From assembly GCF_963853765.1 (NCBI RefSeq), contig NC_088853.1:39060001-39124000 (forward strand): a DNA stretch of 64,000 nt. Direction: 5' to 3'. Within the stretch, counting starts at the first letter, position 1; the number at the start of each line of letters is the position of its first letter. The notes under the pieces are model-generated. The model searched no databases. It had not been told where the DNA came from and saw only the letters and a program-made list of their open reading frames with translations. Shown one piece after another: positions 61,114 to 64,000 of the stretch. The position numbers were made by a program, and so were the translations under genes. Source of the stretch: Magallana gigas. Lineage: Eukaryota.

Positions 61114-63885
61114 TATCTCTGCAACTATTTATCGCAGATGCATTAAATATTTACACAGTGTTTGTTAAGGCATGCCATATCGTGGGATATATTTTTGTTC
61201 CAATCGGACGTCAACTTCCTGTTTAATGTCGACTTTGCTTATTTTTTAACCAAAATTTTTAAACAAATTTTCGTCAAAGATTTCTCAGCAACTATTTATT
61301 GCAGATGCTTGATATTTTTACACAGTGTTTGTATAGGCATGCCATATCGTGGGATATATTTTTGTACCAATCAGACGTCAACTTCCAGTTAAATGACGAC
61401 TTTTTTTTATTTTTAGCAACAATTTTCAAACAAAATTTCGTCAAAGTTTTCTCAGCAACTGTTTATTGCAGATGCTTGAAATTTTTCAACAGTATTTGTA
61501 TAGGCATGACATATCGTGGGATATATTTTTGTACTAATTGGACGGCAACTTCCTGTTAAATGAGTACTTTGTTTATTTTAGCCAAAATTTTCAATCAAAT
61601 TTTCGTCAAATATTTCTCAGCAGCTATTTATCGCAGATGCTTGAAATTTTAAACACTATTTGTTTAGGCATGCCATATTGTGGGATATATTTCTGTACCA
61701 TTCGGATGCCAGCTTTCTGTTAAATGTCAACTTTGCTTATTTTGCATATTCAAATCAGAGCGGGGGTATCACTAGTGAGCATTGGCTCACAGATATCTTG
61801 TTTCAAACTGTCATTTTAAGGAAATGTAAATTATTTTGTGAAAAATATGTACATTTTATATGGGGTGTTGCTAAAACGCGGAACAGAAAAGGGAACGGAA
61901 AGCGAAACGGGACGTAAAAAAGACACTCTTATCTTATGTTATTTACTGGATAGATGCGTTAATCATGCCAAAAACGATATACTTTATGTAATTTTTTTGG
62001 AAAGATTAGCAATATGCAGAAAAAAAATCATAAAAGTGTTCACTTGTATTTTTTAAGTACTGTATTAATATACTTTTATAATCTCTTTACAAACATTTAA
62101 CTTGTATCGAAATTATTTATTCAAGAATAATTATTTCCTCAAAATTAACGGTACATGCATTGACCACTATATTCTGTCCCAAAATATCATTGATAAACAT
62201 CTTGCTGAACAGCTTGATATTTATATATACCTCAAGGTTCAAGCGGTTTTCTTTCAGAAGCATGAACTATTCTCATTATTCCTTCTTTAAAACGTCGACC
62301 TTTTCTAGCTCACCATCTGGCTTCAATACACGGCTAAAATAAAGAAGTTTACAGGGTTTCCCATTTCAAGAGACCCAGGTGATAACGCTGAAAAAGTGTG
62401 CACGGTCTTCTGAGTGACTTCCAAATAGAGAAAAGGCGTCAACATTTCCCATTATAAATCTCCGTAAGAAATCTGGTTTCGATCCTGTGAATTTGTCTGA
62501 TTAAAAATGATAATGCGTCAATGAAGTTTCCTTTGATGTTTCCCGTTTCATCGATTTCAATTGCATCTTTTACAGGTATGTGTATTTTTTTTTTAAATTG
62601 TCCAAATATGTTGCATGAAGATTTTGGGATCGAATGACTACAGTCCCAATCTTTAATCGGAAAATCAACCTAGGCAATGTCTAAAGCTCTCTATTTAGAT
62701 CATATATACATATTTTGCTGCAGGAATGAACAGCTGCCAAGTAATTCAAACGTAAACAAAATTGCATTGCTAAAAATACTAGTTTCACTAAGTACCGAGT
62801 ATTTTAACGTTCAATGTATTTTTATTTTGAGTGTCGTCAGTCGTACGGTTGTTTTCATCTTAATGATACTGTATTGTAATTTAAGATTGTATAGAACACA
62901 GAACATTCATTGTCGATGTAAATTTATACATCATATTTGAATTATAAAAATACTAATGAAACATACGAAACGCTTTCACTAACTGCGTTACGTTATGCCA
63001 GCAATACCATACCCGAAAAATAAGTGAAGAGATATAGCTAATTTACTTGTTTAATCTTGTTAATAATAGACAATTCGTATACATTCGATTTTTGTTTCAT
63101 TTTGTATTTTACTAACGCCAATTGAATATAATGCAACGTGTATATTTGTTAGACATTTATAAGAATATCAATAAGGCAGTCACATGTTGATAATCATTTA
63201 TTAGATATGGATAAATCATACAACGTTAATCGTTTCTGGCCAATCTATAACATTTTAAAGCGGTAAAAGTGATATGATATTTTCAGTTTTACGTTACGTT
63301 CCGTTTTTCGTTCCGCGTTCTTGCAACACACATTTTGTATGTGACTACTACAAGGCACAGGATGAATCTCTGCCATTCAGTCAATTGAAAGGTGACTGAA
63401 AGGTAACTGAAATGTGACTGAATGGCATATGTGTGCCATTCAGTCACCTTTCCAGACCATTCAGTTATCATTCAGTTGACTGAATGGCAGAGATTCATCC
63501 TGTGAGGGTTATTTATACCTAAAATGTTTGAAGAAAAAAAAAGTCATTATTTGTATCATGATTCGTTTAGATTAATTGCTAATGAGCTATTTGAAAATAA
63601 AATAAAATGGAACAAAACATTTAGGACTACTATAATATGAACAAAAACACCTTTATTAAAACCTTTTAAAGTCCATGGAAATGAGGAAACAACTTATCTT
63701 AATGTAATCTTGTGTTTCTAATACCCTTTTTTAAAGCAAATGTTGCAGACTTCGCTTCTGTAAACATTAATAAAAACCAAAGTTTTCAGTCTGTTATTTT
63801 TTCAACTTCAAACAAAAAAACCCCGCTAAATAAAAAAATGAAATCGTTAACGAATTATTTCATTTAAATCTTCACGTCATATCTA

Positions 63886-64000
63886 ACACAAGACCCCCAT
63901 GGTCCACAACGCTCACCTGAGCAACAATAGACATGACAGAATCAGCTGAATGGAGTCATAATGCAAAATATCTTGAAAATGTGATATTCATGTAATACAT
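63886..64000 (+). mobile_element. Probable 5' start of another Helentron-like element
   Basis: acaagacccccatggtccacaacgctcacctgag; its ctcacctgag is an inverted partner of the tcaggtgag end motif at ~1650-1660. Confidence 0.4.

Noticed and set aside
61135-61740. Regular ~166-bp repeat array as a possible CRISPR or functional array
   Set aside because: Whole units are similar with no unique spacers; eukaryotic context; matches the internal repeats of Helentron-like elements.

Overview
AT-rich eukaryotic genomic window. It is most likely a bivalve (oyster-like), inferred from the repeat families and the host gene family; I cannot confirm the species. Host genes: two tandem paralogous minus-strand genes of the F-type-lectin-like + EGF-like-repeat (MEGF/scavenger-receptor-like) class. 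Gene A has nine phase-1 exons between 49327 and 29201 plus three dead exon copies. Gene B has a signal-peptide exon at 2952-2901 and a lectin exon at 2356-2132. Two young Ty3/Gypsy LTR retrotransposons with both LTRs, TSD, PBS and PPT lie near the 5' parts of these genes, in sense orientation. Element 1 spans 4106-13161 (204-bp LTRs, 3 mismatches, TSD TATG). Element 2 spans 50372-57517 (560-bp LTRs, about 12 mismatches, TSD ATAT). The most interesting signal is shared by both elements: each carries an extra, non-env, zinc-finger-type ORF between integrase and the 3' LTR. In each, this ORF is preceded by a textbook 3' splice acceptor and matched by a consensus 5' donor near the element's 5' end, predicting a spliced subgenomic mRNA that skips gag-pol. 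Element 1 also ends its integrase with an AT-hook and an H3K4me3-type PHD finger. The rest of the window holds decayed transposons (intron-containing DDE_Tnp_4+SWIM transposase, DIRS-type tyrosine recombinase, Tc1/mariner-like TIR element, Helentron-like elements with ~166-bp internal repeats), a tandem segmental duplication of EGF exons, and microsatellites. No rRNA, tRNA or CRISPR features were seen. All alignments and counts were made by eye.
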